DNA of 32,000 nt from Candidatus Nitrospira inopinata (lineage in GTDB: Bacteria > Nitrospirota > Nitrospiria > Nitrospirales > Nitrospiraceae), in the NCBI RefSeq assembly GCF_001458695.1, contig NZ_LN885086.1, positions 2,100,001-2,132,000 of the forward strand, in the 5' to 3' direction. Numbering within the stretch: the first letter of the stretch is position 1; every line of letters starts with the position of its first letter. Made by a program: the position numbers and the translations under genes. Below the pieces are notes generated by a model, which had not been told where the DNA came from, did not search any database, and was given only the letters and a program-made list of their open reading frames with translations. Below, piece by piece: positions 1 through 8,385 of the stretch.

Positions 1-1
1 T

Positions 2-1846
2 CATCCGGCGTTGCCGGAACGGCTGACGGGTGTGCAAGGCCGGTTCGCGTTGGCTGGCGGAGCCGTGCGGTTGGAGCAGATCAGCGGGCATCTCGGCGAG
101 ACGCTCATCGAGGTTCAGGGGACGGTGACGGGCGGAGAATCGAGTCTGCTACAGGATTTTTCGATCCGGGCCAGCGGACCCGCCGCGGACATGCCCCGCG
201 CGGTGGGGTGGAGGGCTTCCCCCGGCTCGATGGAAGGGCGTCTGGTTGCGACGGCGACGCTCACGGGAGCCGCTTCGGCGCCGCATCTTCGCGGCGTCGT
301 GGTGTTTGACCAATCGAAGGTCGCCGTTCCGGGTTTGGGAGAAAAACCGATCGGCGCGCCGGCGACCATCGAATTCGAAGGCGACGTGACGAAATCCGGC
401 GATCTTTCCGTAAGCCGCTTGGAATTGATCGTGCCGCCCGTTCAGGTGCCGGCCAAGGGGCGCATGGTGTTCGGAGATCCCTTCAGCGTAGATATGTCGC
501 TCACGACCGGAACGGTGTCGTTGTCCCGCTTGCCCGAGTGGATCTCAAAAGGAGGGCTGGAGGCCGGCAGCGCGGAGATTGCGCTCGACGTCAAAGGCAA
601 GGGAACGGACTGGAGCGCATGGCGGGTGACCGGATGGGTCGCGCTGACCAACGGCCTGGCGACGGTGGGGGGCGTCGGAGGAGACGGTCGGCTTCAGGAT
701 CTCTACGCGCGGGTCAAGTTGGTGCGCAACGGGGCCGAGATCAAACGGTTGTCGTTCACCCTCCTTGACAGCGACGTCGCCATTGAGGCAGCCGTCAAGA
801 ACTGGGCTTCAAAACCCGTGATCGTCGGGAAAATCGAATCGAACCGGATGGATCTCGGCCTGTTGGTCCCCAAAGGGGATCGATCGGTCGTCCGGGAATT
901 TTTGGAAAATTTGGCTGCGACCTCGCAGGTGACGATGTCCGCGTCGATCGCTCGGGGCCATTATGAGCGGGTACGGGTCACCGCGCTTTCCGCGCGCGTG
1001 AACATTCAGGACGGCGTCGTCGATGTGGACCGGATTTCCGGCGCGTCGAACGCCGGTCAAATCGCCGGCCGTCTTGTGGCGCAGCTTCCTCGCGGGGCTC
1101 CGGCCGAAGTGGAGGCGTCGTTTCGCGCCATGGGTCTGCCGGTTGATGACGTTTTGAGTTTGACCGACGCCAAGGATACTCACGGTATGACCGGCGACAT
1201 GCGCGTGAGCGGCTCGCTCAGGGGGCATGGGCGCAATCCGCACGGCGTGTATCCGTCGCTCGATGGAAAAGTCGAGGTGCTGCTTCAAAACGGGCGTATT
1301 TTTAAATCGAACGAACGGGTGATCTGGAAGATCATCAGCCTCTTGAATCTTCCGGCGGTGCTCCAAGGCAAGGTCGATCTGGAGAAGGAGGGATTGCCCT
1401 ACAACACGATTACCGGGAGCGTGACCGTCAAGAACGGCGTCTTCGAGACGGGCGATCTGATCATCGACAGCCCGATCCTGAAGATTACGGCTGCGGGGCA
1501 ATATGATTTGCCGACCGATCGCCTGGATCTGGCGACCGCCGTGAGTCCGTTCGGCTCGTATTCGCAGTTCTTGAAGGCGATTCCCCTGTTCGGACGGATC
1601 TTCGCCGGAGAGCGAAAGGGGTTGGCCACCGCGATCTTTGCCGTCAAGGGATCCATCCACAGTCCGGAGGTGACCTATCTTCCGGTCAAATCCTTCGCAT
1701 CGGGTCTGTCGGGCTTGGCCCAACTCGCGGTCGACGTCCTTGTCAATTCCCTGACCGTTCCGCTCGACCTCATCGCGCCGGATCAACCGAATCAAGAGGA
1801 GCCGCAACCGAACCTTGAACGTGAGTCCGCTCCGGCGCGTTCCTGA
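2..1846 (+). CDS. AsmA/YhdP-family outer-membrane biogenesis protein, C-terminal part (5' end outside the window)
   Basis: The frame is open from the window edge to TGA at 1844-1846. The C-terminal stretch KITAAGQYDLPTDRLDLATAVSPFGSYSQFLKAIPLFGRIF...AVKGSIHSPEVTYLP fits my memory of the AsmA-like C-terminal region. No search was run. Confidence 0.7.
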   Translation, partial: HPALPERLTGVQGRFALAGGAVRLEQISGHLGETLIEVQGTVTGGESSLLQDFSIRASGPAADMPRAVGWRASPGSMEGRLVATATLTGAASAPHLRGVVVFDQSKVAVPGLGEKPIGAPATIEFEGDVTKSGDLSVSRLELIVPPVQVPAKGRMVFGDPFSVDMSLTTGTVSLSRLPEWISKGGLEAGSAEIALDVKGKGTDWSAWRVTGWVALTNGLATVGGVGGDGRLQDLYARVKLVRNGAEIKRLSFTLLDSDVAIEAAVKNWASKPVIVGKIESNRMDLGLLVPKGDRSVVREFLENLAATSQVTMSASIARGHYERVRVTALSARVNIQDGVVDVDRISGASNAGQIAGRLVAQLPRGAPAEVEASFRAMGLPVDDVLSLTDAKDTHGMTGDMRVSGSLRGHGRNPHGVYPSLDGKVEVLLQNGRIFKSNERVIWKIISLLNLPAVLQGKVDLEKEGLPYNTITGSVTVKNGVFETGDLIIDSPILKITAAGQYDLPTDRLDLATAVSPFGSYSQFLKAIPLFGRIFAGERKGLATAIFAVKGSIHSPEVTYLPVKSFASGLSGLAQLAVDVLVNSLTVPLDLIAPDQPNQEEPQPNLERESAPARS

Positions 1847-1860
1847 GCGCCTCGCCTTTC

Positions 1861-1889
1861 TTGACCGGTGAGGTTCCTCGTGCTAGCAT
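1861..1889 (+). promoter_or_regulatory. Putative sigma-70 promoter TTGACC-N17-TAGCAT upstream of the M24 peptidase gene
   Basis: TTGACC is at 1861-1866, followed by an exact 17-nt spacer and TAGCAT at 1884-1889, about 55 nt before ATG 1946. It has the same architecture as four other sites in the window. Confidence 0.4.
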
Positions 1890-1945
1890 CCCCTTGAAGT
1901 CCGATCCCGACCATGATGCATCATCTTCTCTCCTCTTCTTAGTTC

Positions 1946-3100
1946 ATGAAGCCCCTCGCAGAGTCGCACACGGACAGTGCCGTCCTCTTCATCGCCGCCA
2001 GCGAATACGATTCCAATTTGTATTATGCGACCCGATTCATGGCGCCGGACCCCTTCATTTTTCTTGAAATCAAAGGCGAGCGCCTGCTCGTCATGAGTGA
2101 TTTGGAATTGGATCGCGCCAAATCGCAAGCCTCGGTGGATCGGGTTCTTTCCTATTCCGAGTTGGAGCGTCGGGCCAAGAGGCAGGGCGTTGGGAATCCG
2201 ACGGCGATCGATATCGTCCATGTGCTGTTGAAAAAGCAAAAAATCAAAACGCTTTTGGTTCCGGCGAATTTTCCATTCGCTCATGCCGCCAGATTGCAAG
2301 AATTGGGATACCGGCTCACGGCGAAACGCGATCCGTTTTACGAGAGGCGCGCCGTGAAGACGGCCGAGGAAATTCGTCATATTGAAGAAACTCAGCGGGC
2401 GACGGAGGAGGCCGTCGCGGAGGCGATGGCGGTGTTGCGTCGGTCCTCCGTCAAGAGGGGCGGACTCTGGCTGGACGGAGAGTATCTGACGTCCGAGCGG
2501 ATCAAGAAACTGATCAACGTCAGGCTTATGGAACGAGATTGCGTGGCTCAGCATACGATCGTGGCGGGCGGCGAGCAGGCCTGTGATCCCCATCACGAGG
2601 GCTCCGGGCCGTTGCCGGCCGGCCGCAGCATCATTTTCGACGTGTTTCCCCGATCCGCCGTCAGTCGATATTTTGCGGACATGTCCCGCACCGTCGTCCG
2701 CGGACGGGTGAGCGAGGACCTCAAGCGATTGTATCGGACCGTCAAAGACGCCCAAGAGGAAGCCGTTTCCAAAATCAAGGACGGAGCGGACGGGAAGAAG
2801 ATCCACCAAGGCATTTGCGAGCGGTTTGAGAAGGCCGGTTACAGGACAGGGAAAGTCAACGGACGAATGCAGGGATATTTTCATGGAACTGGCCACGGCG
2901 TCGGGCTCGATATTCACGAGGCTCCCCGCATCAGCAGGACGGGGTCGCTGCTTCAGGAAGGACACGTCGTCACGGTCGAACCGGGTCTCTACTATCCGGG
3001 ATTGGGGGCCGTCCGCATCGAAGATATGGTGGTGGTGACGAGAGACGGATGCCGGAATCTCACCAGGTTTCCAAAGGCCTTTGAGCTGGACAAGGGATGA
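1946..3100 (+). CDS. M24-family Xaa-Pro aminopeptidase / prolidase-like metallopeptidase
   Basis: 384-aa ORF. HGTGHGVGLDIHEAP and VVTVEPGLYYPGLGAVRIEDMVVVT are the metal-ligand motifs of the creatinase/prolidase (pita-bread) fold. Confidence 0.85.
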   Translation: MKPLAESHTDSAVLFIAASEYDSNLYYATRFMAPDPFIFLEIKGERLLVMSDLELDRAKSQASVDRVLSYSELERRAKRQGVGNPTAIDIVHVLLKKQKIKTLLVPANFPFAHAARLQELGYRLTAKRDPFYERRAVKTAEEIRHIEETQRATEEAVAEAMAVLRRSSVKRGGLWLDGEYLTSERIKKLINVRLMERDCVAQHTIVAGGEQACDPHHEGSGPLPAGRSIIFDVFPRSAVSRYFADMSRTVVRGRVSEDLKRLYRTVKDAQEEAVSKIKDGADGKKIHQGICERFEKAGYRTGKVNGRMQGYFHGTGHGVGLDIHEAPRISRTGSLLQEGHVVTVEPGLYYPGLGAVRIEDMVVVTRDGCRNLTRFPKAFELDKG

Positions 3101-3184
3101 ATAAGCCCCCCGCGCCGTGCTTGTGGGGCGCCGGTTCCGACGCAAGCGCGCGTAAGCGGGTCGATTGGCTTGGCCATCCTGTCA

Positions 3185-3586
3185 TCATGATTGCTCATCC
3201 TCGGCCCGACGCTGATACGGTTCTTTTTCCAGCTCTTTGACCAGCCGCTGGAGCCTGGTCCATTCCGTTTCACGGATATCAAGAAACTCCAAACCGAACC
3301 GTCCATCGCGGGACCAACGCACCACGGCCTGGTTGATCCGGATGGGAAGTCCGTCGTTCGGCGATTCGATAGACAACTCCATTCCGGTGCCGGGCCGCAC
3401 GCGCGTGACGCTGGATATTTTGCAGCCGCAAAGAGAAAGGTCTTGCAGGATCCCGTTTCCGGATACGATGTTGATGGAGCTGAATGAGCTGCGAAAGCGA
3501 ACGGGAAACCGCGGATGTCGACGGTTGTCCATAAGAGGCCGAGAGAATCGATCCGTCGGTTGACGCCGCCGGACCTTCCTGCCCAT
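3185..3586 (-). CDS. Stand-alone PilZ-domain protein (predicted c-di-GMP receptor)
   Basis: Both PilZ signature motifs are present: RRHPR (RxxxR) and DLSLCG (D/NxSxxG). The gene lies 23 nt downstream of sthA on the same strand. An alternative start is ATG at 3532. Confidence 0.8.
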   Translation of the reverse strand: MGRKVRRRQPTDRFSRPLMDNRRHPRFPVRFRSSFSSINIVSGNGILQDLSLCGCKISSVTRVRPGTGMELSIESPNDGLPIRINQAVVRWSRDGRFGLEFLDIRETEWTRLQRLVKELEKEPYQRRAEDEQS

Positions 3587-3609
3587 CTCGCCGGTCGAGA
3601 GGCGGTTGG

Positions 3610-5028
3610 TCAGGCTGCTTCAGGAATTGCCTTGATTTTGGAGGCCTGGCCGAGAATGTCCAAGGCCGCCACCCGGTACGCCTCGGCGTACGTGGGAAAG
3701 TTGAAGACGTTGTCGATAAACGATTCGACGGTGGCGCCTTGTTGAAGGGCCAACTGCCCGATGTGAACCAATTCCGTCGCCGAGTCCCCCACGACCTGCA
3801 CGCCCAGCAATCGCTCTCCCAATGGATCGGCCACCATTTTGAGGAGACCATGACCGGCGCCGGAAATTTGGGCGCGCGCGATTTCCTGAAATTTAGCTCG
3901 TCCGACGAGAGGCTCGCGATAACGCTCGCGGGCGCTTCGTTCGTCCAGGCCGATACTGGCCATTTCGGGGATGGTATAGATTCCGACCGGGATGGTCGAG
4001 GCGGCGTCTCCGACCGGCAAGCCGAGCGCGTGTCGAACGGCCCTGCGTCCTTGCTCCATGGCCTTCGACGCCAGGGCGGGCGGGCCGACCATGTCGCCGA
4101 CGGCGTAGATGTTCGGCACGTCCGTTTGGCAATACTCGTTGACCGGCACGGTTCCTTTCGGGGTGACCGTAATGCCCGCTACGTTGAGGTTGAGATCCTC
4201 CAGATTGGCTTGCCGGCCCAACGCGACCAGGAGTTTTTCGCTCTTGATGACGAGTCCGTCTCCCAACGTCGTCACGACGTGAGCGGCGCCGTCCCATCGG
4301 ACTGCCCGAACCGTTTGCCCTCCGAGATAGCGTCCGCCTTTCGATTCGAAGCTGACGATGAATTGGCGCACGAGTTCCTGGTCCATGAATTGAAGAGGTG
4401 TCGGCGCGCGATCGACGAGCGTGACCTCCGTGCCCAAAAGGGAAAAAATCGACGCATATTCACAGCCGATGACGCCGCCGCCGATGATCGTCAAGGATCG
4501 CGGCAGATAGATCATCGAAAGCAACGAGTCGCTGTCGAGAATGTGCTCGTGATCGACGGGGATGTCTTCGGGGTTTCGAGGCCGTGAACCGGTGGCGAGA
4601 ATGATGGTTTGAGCCGTCAAGAGTTGGCTGGCTCCGTCGACCGTTTCCATTTCGACGACGGCGGCGCTGCGAAACCGAGCCCGTCCATGGAACAGATGGA
4701 TGCCGTTTCGTCGCAGTTGAAGGCTCATGAACCTGTCGTGCGCCCGGACGACTTCTTCGAGCCGACTGAGCAACGCCGAAATTTGTGTATCCGGCCTCAA
4801 GCCAAAATCGAATGCCTTGCTGGCGGATTGGAGCCGGTCCAGATGCAGCGCGCTTTCTCTCAAGGTTTTGCTGGGAATCGTTCCGCGGTACACGCAACTG
4901 CCGCCGATGCCGCGCTCCCGTTCGATGAGCGCCACGCGTTTTCCGACCTTGGCGCCTTGGATCGCCGCTTTTTGGCCAGCCGGTCCGGCCCCGATCACGA
5001 TGATGTCGAAGGCAAGAGGTCCGCTCAT
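3610..5028 (-). CDS. sthA: Soluble pyridine nucleotide transhydrogenase (Si-specific NAD(P)+ transhydrogenase)
   Basis: N-terminal GAGPAG FAD motif. Single-Cys GGSCVYRGTIPSK instead of the CxxxxC redox disulfide of lipoamide dehydrogenases. GIYTIPEMASIG and FNFPTYAEAYRVAAL closely resemble E. coli SthA as I remember it. Confidence 0.82.
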   Translation of the reverse strand: MSGPLAFDIIVIGAGPAGQKAAIQGAKVGKRVALIERERGIGGSCVYRGTIPSKTLRESALHLDRLQSASKAFDFGLRPDTQISALLSRLEEVVRAHDRFMSLQLRRNGIHLFHGRARFRSAAVVEMETVDGASQLLTAQTIILATGSRPRNPEDIPVDHEHILDSDSLLSMIYLPRSLTIIGGGVIGCEYASIFSLLGTEVTLVDRAPTPLQFMDQELVRQFIVSFESKGGRYLGGQTVRAVRWDGAAHVVTTLGDGLVIKSEKLLVALGRQANLEDLNLNVAGITVTPKGTVPVNEYCQTDVPNIYAVGDMVGPPALASKAMEQGRRAVRHALGLPVGDAASTIPVGIYTIPEMASIGLDERSARERYREPLVGRAKFQEIARAQISGAGHGLLKMVADPLGERLLGVQVVGDSATELVHIGQLALQQGATVESFIDNVFNFPTYAEAYRVAALDILGQASKIKAIPEAA

Positions 5029-5909
5029 AAGTTCATCGATTGCACGACGGCAAGCACCTTGTCTTTGCCCTTCACCAATTGTTCGACGTCGCCGGTATAG
5101 AGATTCAGTTCCGCGAAGGCCGGGTGGTCTCGAAGGACTTCTTCGGGCATGTCATCGGGGCAAAGCAGATGCGTGGCCAACCGATCGGCAATGCACGTGA
5201 GGATGCATTCCTGGCGGAAGGAAGGAGCATGATCATAGTCGGCATAGTATTGCGCGGCCTCGATGACTTGTCGAGGAAGACCCCATTTTTCTCCGATGAG
5301 GCCCCCGATTCTCGAATGGTGGCCTTCGATCATGATGTCCAACGTCGGTCGGTCGAGCGGAATGTTTTGCTCCTGCGCGATCGTTGTGACGGCTCGCAGC
5401 ACGACCGGTTTCCCGATTTCGTGCAGAAGTCCGCAGAGATAGGCGCTTTCGACGTTGACCCGTCGCGTTCGAGCGACCTCTTTTGCGAACGCGCCGCTGG
5501 CCAGGGAATGTTGCCAGAGCGCCCTGACATGCTCTTCATGGCCCGGAACTTGAAGCGCTCCGGCCTTCAATGAGGCGGTAAAGGCGATTTCCGACAACAG
5601 ATTGATACCCAACATGGCGACCGCATGCTGAAGGGAAACGACGGGGCTTCTGGGCATATAGGCCGGAGAATTGGCGATGCGCAGCACGTGGGCAGCAAGC
5701 GCCTGATCTTTATGGATCAACGCCGATAACTTGGCGGCGTCGGCCTCCGGATCCGATGTCAAAGCCATCACTTCGCTTGCCACTTGAGGCAATAACGGCA
5801 GCTCAAGCGCGCCGCTCTCAACCTTGTGAGACAAGATCTGCTCGATCTTCTCAAGCGGCGACGTCGTGGTTTGAGAATCAAGAGACACGGAGACGACTCC
5901 CCTTCTCAT
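5025..5909 (-). CDS. HDOD-domain signalling protein
   Basis: LPLLPQVASEVMALTSDPEADAAKLSALIHKDQALAAHVLRIANSPAY followed by GLLHEIGK is typical of HDOD. The stop TGA overlaps the sthA ATG (ATGA at 5025-5028). The start is uncertain: ATG 5909 is chosen, but the ORF stays open up to 6056. Confidence 0.72.
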   Translation of the reverse strand: MRRGVVSVSLDSQTTTSPLEKIEQILSHKVESGALELPLLPQVASEVMALTSDPEADAAKLSALIHKDQALAAHVLRIANSPAYMPRSPVVSLQHAVAMLGINLLSEIAFTASLKAGALQVPGHEEHVRALWQHSLASGAFAKEVARTRRVNVESAYLCGLLHEIGKPVVLRAVTTIAQEQNIPLDRPTLDIMIEGHHSRIGGLIGEKWGLPRQVIEAAQYYADYDHAPSFRQECILTCIADRLATHLLCPDDMPEEVLRDHPAFAELNLYTGDVEQLVKGKDKVLAVVQSMNL

Positions 5910-6077
5910 GAATCGCCGCGTTTTCGAGCGGCACACTCCTTTGTCGGCTTGTGACGGCCAGAAGTTTAGGGGGCGAAAACCGGGCTGATCGTTCGATGGA
6001 TTTCTGTCCCGCCGGTGTCTCCGACCCACTTCGGTACGGACGGTTCTTGAGTTCAACCGATTGTCTCAGGGAACGAG

Positions 6078-6110
6078 AGCAGGGGAGAGGGCTTCAGCCT
6101 CTCCCCTGCT
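6078..6110 (-). terminator. Rho-independent terminator candidate downstream of the cytochrome c gene
   Basis: AGCAGGGGAGAG(G)GC-ttca-GCCTCTCCCCTGCT forms a ~14-bp GC-rich stem with one bulge and a 4-nt loop. It lies 32 nt after the cytochrome c stop. On the minus strand it is followed by CTCGTTCCCT, which is only moderately U-rich. Confidence 0.5.
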
Positions 6111-6141
6111 GGAAGAGTTCGGTAGGGGTTGACGCTCTAAC

Positions 6142-6603
6142 TCAAGGCTTGTAGCAGGAACGATCGGCTGGCTTTCCATCGTGAGAAAACTGATTTTCGT
6201 ACGCCATGACCTGCCAAATCTGTTCATCCGTCAACAGGCCCTTGTTCGCTTTCATCTTTGTCTTGGGAATTCCTTCCGCTATGCGCCAGAACCAGTAGGC
6301 GTCAGAATAACGACACACGATCTTGGGATCGCGAAGGTCCCGAGCGCCCTTTTTCACCGGCTTGCCGTCCTTTCCATGGCAGCTGGCGCAGTTGACGTCG
6401 GTTTTGAATTCGCCCAAATAGATCTTACGTCCCTCTTCAATAAATTTGGGGTCGGTCCATCCGCCGGCCGGCATTTTTTTGTCCGCATATTCAGGGGGAA
6501 CAGGTGGCAAGGGAGGCAAATCTTCGGCCGAGGCCATGCCTCCCGAAAGAAGGAGAACGCCTCCCATGACTATGACTGACAACCGAACCATTCTCCGGGT
6601 CAT
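6142..6603 (-). CDS. Periplasmic monoheme c-type cytochrome (class I-like)
   Basis: CASCHG heme-binding CxxCH motif. Sec signal peptide MTRRMVRLSVIVMGGVLLLSGGMASA. Strong SD AAGGAGG 5 nt upstream of ATG 6603. The longer ORF reaching 6681 lacks an SD. Confidence 0.85.
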   Translation of the reverse strand: MTRRMVRLSVIVMGGVLLLSGGMASAEDLPPLPPVPPEYADKKMPAGGWTDPKFIEEGRKIYLGEFKTDVNCASCHGKDGKPVKKGARDLRDPKIVCRYSDAYWFWRIAEGIPKTKMKANKGLLTDEQIWQVMAYENQFSHDGKPADRSCYKP

Positions 6604-6704
6604 TTGCACCTCCTTAAATGTATCTGGGATAGAGTGTGAATTGATGCGGTTTGATTCTGACTCGTCGGGCCTCGCGCGCATGTTCTACCTGCAAACAGCC
6701 GGTA

Positions 6705-6733
6705 ACTATAGCACAAACGGTCGGTTCTCTAAA
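6705..6733 (-). promoter_or_regulatory. Putative sigma-70 promoter with extended -10 (TTTAGA-N17-TATAGT, TG at -15/-14) for the cytochrome c gene
   Basis: The minus strand reads TTTAGA (6733-6728), a 17-nt spacer ending in TGC, then TATAGT (6710-6705). This is about 100 nt upstream of the start codon. Confidence 0.3.
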
Positions 6734-6885
6734 TATATTCGGAGAAAATTTCCAGTGTCCTTCAATGAACGACAGGCCGGTTTTTCGGAAAGTTTGTGGA
6801 CGTGATTCCGCGGGGTCGGTCATTTATACTCCGACTCAAGATTTATTTATTAGGGGGCTAATCGGCAAGGAGGGGGGAGAGAAAG

Positions 6886-7314
6886 ATGATGCGAGATCGT
6901 CGTTTTGCCGCTCTATTGCTCCTGACGGGAGCGTTGTGTTTGGGATGGACGATCTCATCGCCGGCTGACACGGGGAAAATCACGAAGGAGGCGAGAGAGA
7001 CGGTCGAAGCGGTGCAAGAATACACAATTCAGCAGAAAGAGGCGTTTCAGCGGGCGGCCCATGAAGAGTTAATCGCCGTTCAGAAGCAGATCACCGTCTT
7101 GCAAGGCAAGGTCCGCGACATGTCTGCCTCCGCAAGGGTGGATCTTCAGGAATCGATCAACGAGCTTGAAAAGAAAAGGGATAAGATGAAAGAGCAATTG
7201 AAAGAAATGCAGACCACGACCGATGAGAAGTGGCACGCTATCAGATCAAGCGTGGAGACCGCTATCGAGGAGTTGAAAGACGCTTGCCGAAAAGTGATGT
7301 CTCGTGTGCCGTGA
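6886..7314 (+). CDS. Hypothetical exported alpha-helical / coiled-coil protein
   Basis: SD AAGGAGGGGGG lies upstream of ATG 6886. Signal peptide MMRDRRFAALLLLTGALCLGW. The remainder is rich in E/K/Q heptad-like helix. No recognised family. Confidence 0.6.
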   Translation: MMRDRRFAALLLLTGALCLGWTISSPADTGKITKEARETVEAVQEYTIQQKEAFQRAAHEELIAVQKQITVLQGKVRDMSASARVDLQESINELEKKRDKMKEQLKEMQTTTDEKWHAIRSSVETAIEELKDACRKVMSRVP

Positions 7315-7359
7315 CGCAACCAACGATCAAGAAAAGCGGGATTTGAAAGGAGTCTGACT

Positions 7360-7677
7360 ATGAAGGTGGTGAATTGGGCCGATTATCAACAATTCAGCGG
7401 CGAAAAAATGAAAAAGAACAACATCTTTGAAACGAAGCGGTTGTTCTGCGACGTCTATTGCTTTGAGCCGGGGCAGGAACAAAAGGGGCACACGCACGGT
7501 GAGCAGGATAAGATTTATTTTGTCTTGGAGGGAGAAGGGACGTTTCAAGTCGGGGCGGACAAGCGAGTGCTCGGCGAAGGGCAAGGAACGATCGCCCCGG
7601 CCGGTGAGGAACATGGCGTGGTCAACCACACGGGGAAACGGCTCAGAGTACTGGTGTTCGTTGCGCCGAATCCGTAA
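7360..7677 (+). CDS. Cupin-domain protein
   Basis: Cupin motif 1 GQEQKGHTHGEQDKIYFVLEGEG and motif 2 APAGEEHGVVN. SD AAAGGAG lies 7 nt upstream of the ATG. Confidence 0.8.
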   Translation: MKVVNWADYQQFSGEKMKKNNIFETKRLFCDVYCFEPGQEQKGHTHGEQDKIYFVLEGEGTFQVGADKRVLGEGQGTIAPAGEEHGVVNHTGKRLRVLVFVAPNP

Positions 7678-7726
7678 TCGGAAAGCGTGAGAGGAAGTTC
7701 TTCCAACCGCCCTGGGCTTGCCGGTG

Positions 7727-8083
7727 TCAGGGAGAGGGATCGGATGCCATCGGACCGACGGAGATGCAACCTTCGATGAATTCCGCAAGGCACCGGCTGC
7801 CGGGCGGAATGACTTCGTTCACGATAGCTTTAAAATCATCGACCGTTAGCTGATCTCGAACCCGGTCAATCAGCACGTGCCCCTCGACAAGGTCCATGTC
7901 AACGCGTTTGACTCCGGGAATCTGATACAGTCTTTTGGTGATCTGCTCGCGGTACGCCGCGCAATCGGGTCCCGAAAGCGTCAGGGCAATGCGGTCATTC
8001 ACCCGTTGCTCGGCATAAAGATCCCCACCGGTCGAAAGAATGCCCGTGATCATGACAAGAAGCAATGTCCTGAGAAACTTCAT
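7727..8083 (-). CDS. Hypothetical exported protein with a degenerate heavy-metal-associated (HMA)-like fold
   Basis: SD AAGGAAG lies 8 nt upstream of ATG 8083. Signal peptide MKFLRTLLLVMITGILSTGG. LTLSGPDCAAYREQITKRLYQIPGVKRVDMDLVEGHVLI follows the beta-alpha-beta-beta HMA pattern, but only one Cys is present where GMxCxxC is expected. Confidence 0.55.
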   Translation of the reverse strand: MKFLRTLLLVMITGILSTGGDLYAEQRVNDRIALTLSGPDCAAYREQITKRLYQIPGVKRVDMDLVEGHVLIDRVRDQLTVDDFKAIVNEVIPPGSRCLAEFIEGCISVGPMASDPSP

Positions 8084-8201
8084 GATGATACTTCCTTGCG
8101 TTTTGGAAGAGCCAAGGTCTTTACCCAAACGACTTGCCCGCAGGACTTGATCTCGATCTTGGGTTGACGTCGATCGGTAAACGCCTCCACGCGATGTTTG
8201 C

Positions 8202-8230
8202 ACCATACATCACGTGACGCACTCTTTCAA
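8202..8230 (-). promoter_or_regulatory. Putative sigma-70 promoter TTGAAA-N17-TATGGT for the HMA-like gene
   Basis: The minus strand reads TTGAAA (8230-8225), a 17-nt spacer, then TATGGT (8207-8202). This is about 115 nt upstream of ATG 8083. Confidence 0.3.
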
Positions 8231-8385
8231 TGGCGATGACGACCGTAGACGGAGCGGCGTCTCTTGAGGAACTGCTGCGGCGACCGACGTGATTTCCAGG
8301 TGGGCAATGCCCCGCCGTACGGGTTGAACGGTCCATCTGGATTGGAAGAATCGGTCCGGCGGAGCGCGGTAACCGGGAAAGCGTA

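Noticed and set aside
809-1807. 332-aa ORF antisense to the AsmA-like gene
   Set aside because: It lies entirely inside a well-supported gene on the other strand. The composition is Arg/Gly/Asp-rich and low-complexity, typical of shadow frames in GC-rich DNA. There is no recognisable motif and no SD.
1883-3145. 420-aa ORF antisense to the M24 peptidase gene
   Set aside because: It is a shadow ORF of a gene with clear catalytic motifs. The translated sequence is Arg/Pro/Gly-rich with no domain signature.
3739-4587. 282-aa plus-strand ORF inside sthA. The same situation applies to 5040..5573 inside the HDOD gene.
   Set aside because: Both are antisense to confidently identified genes, and no motifs are present. 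Long open antisense frames are expected at this GC content.
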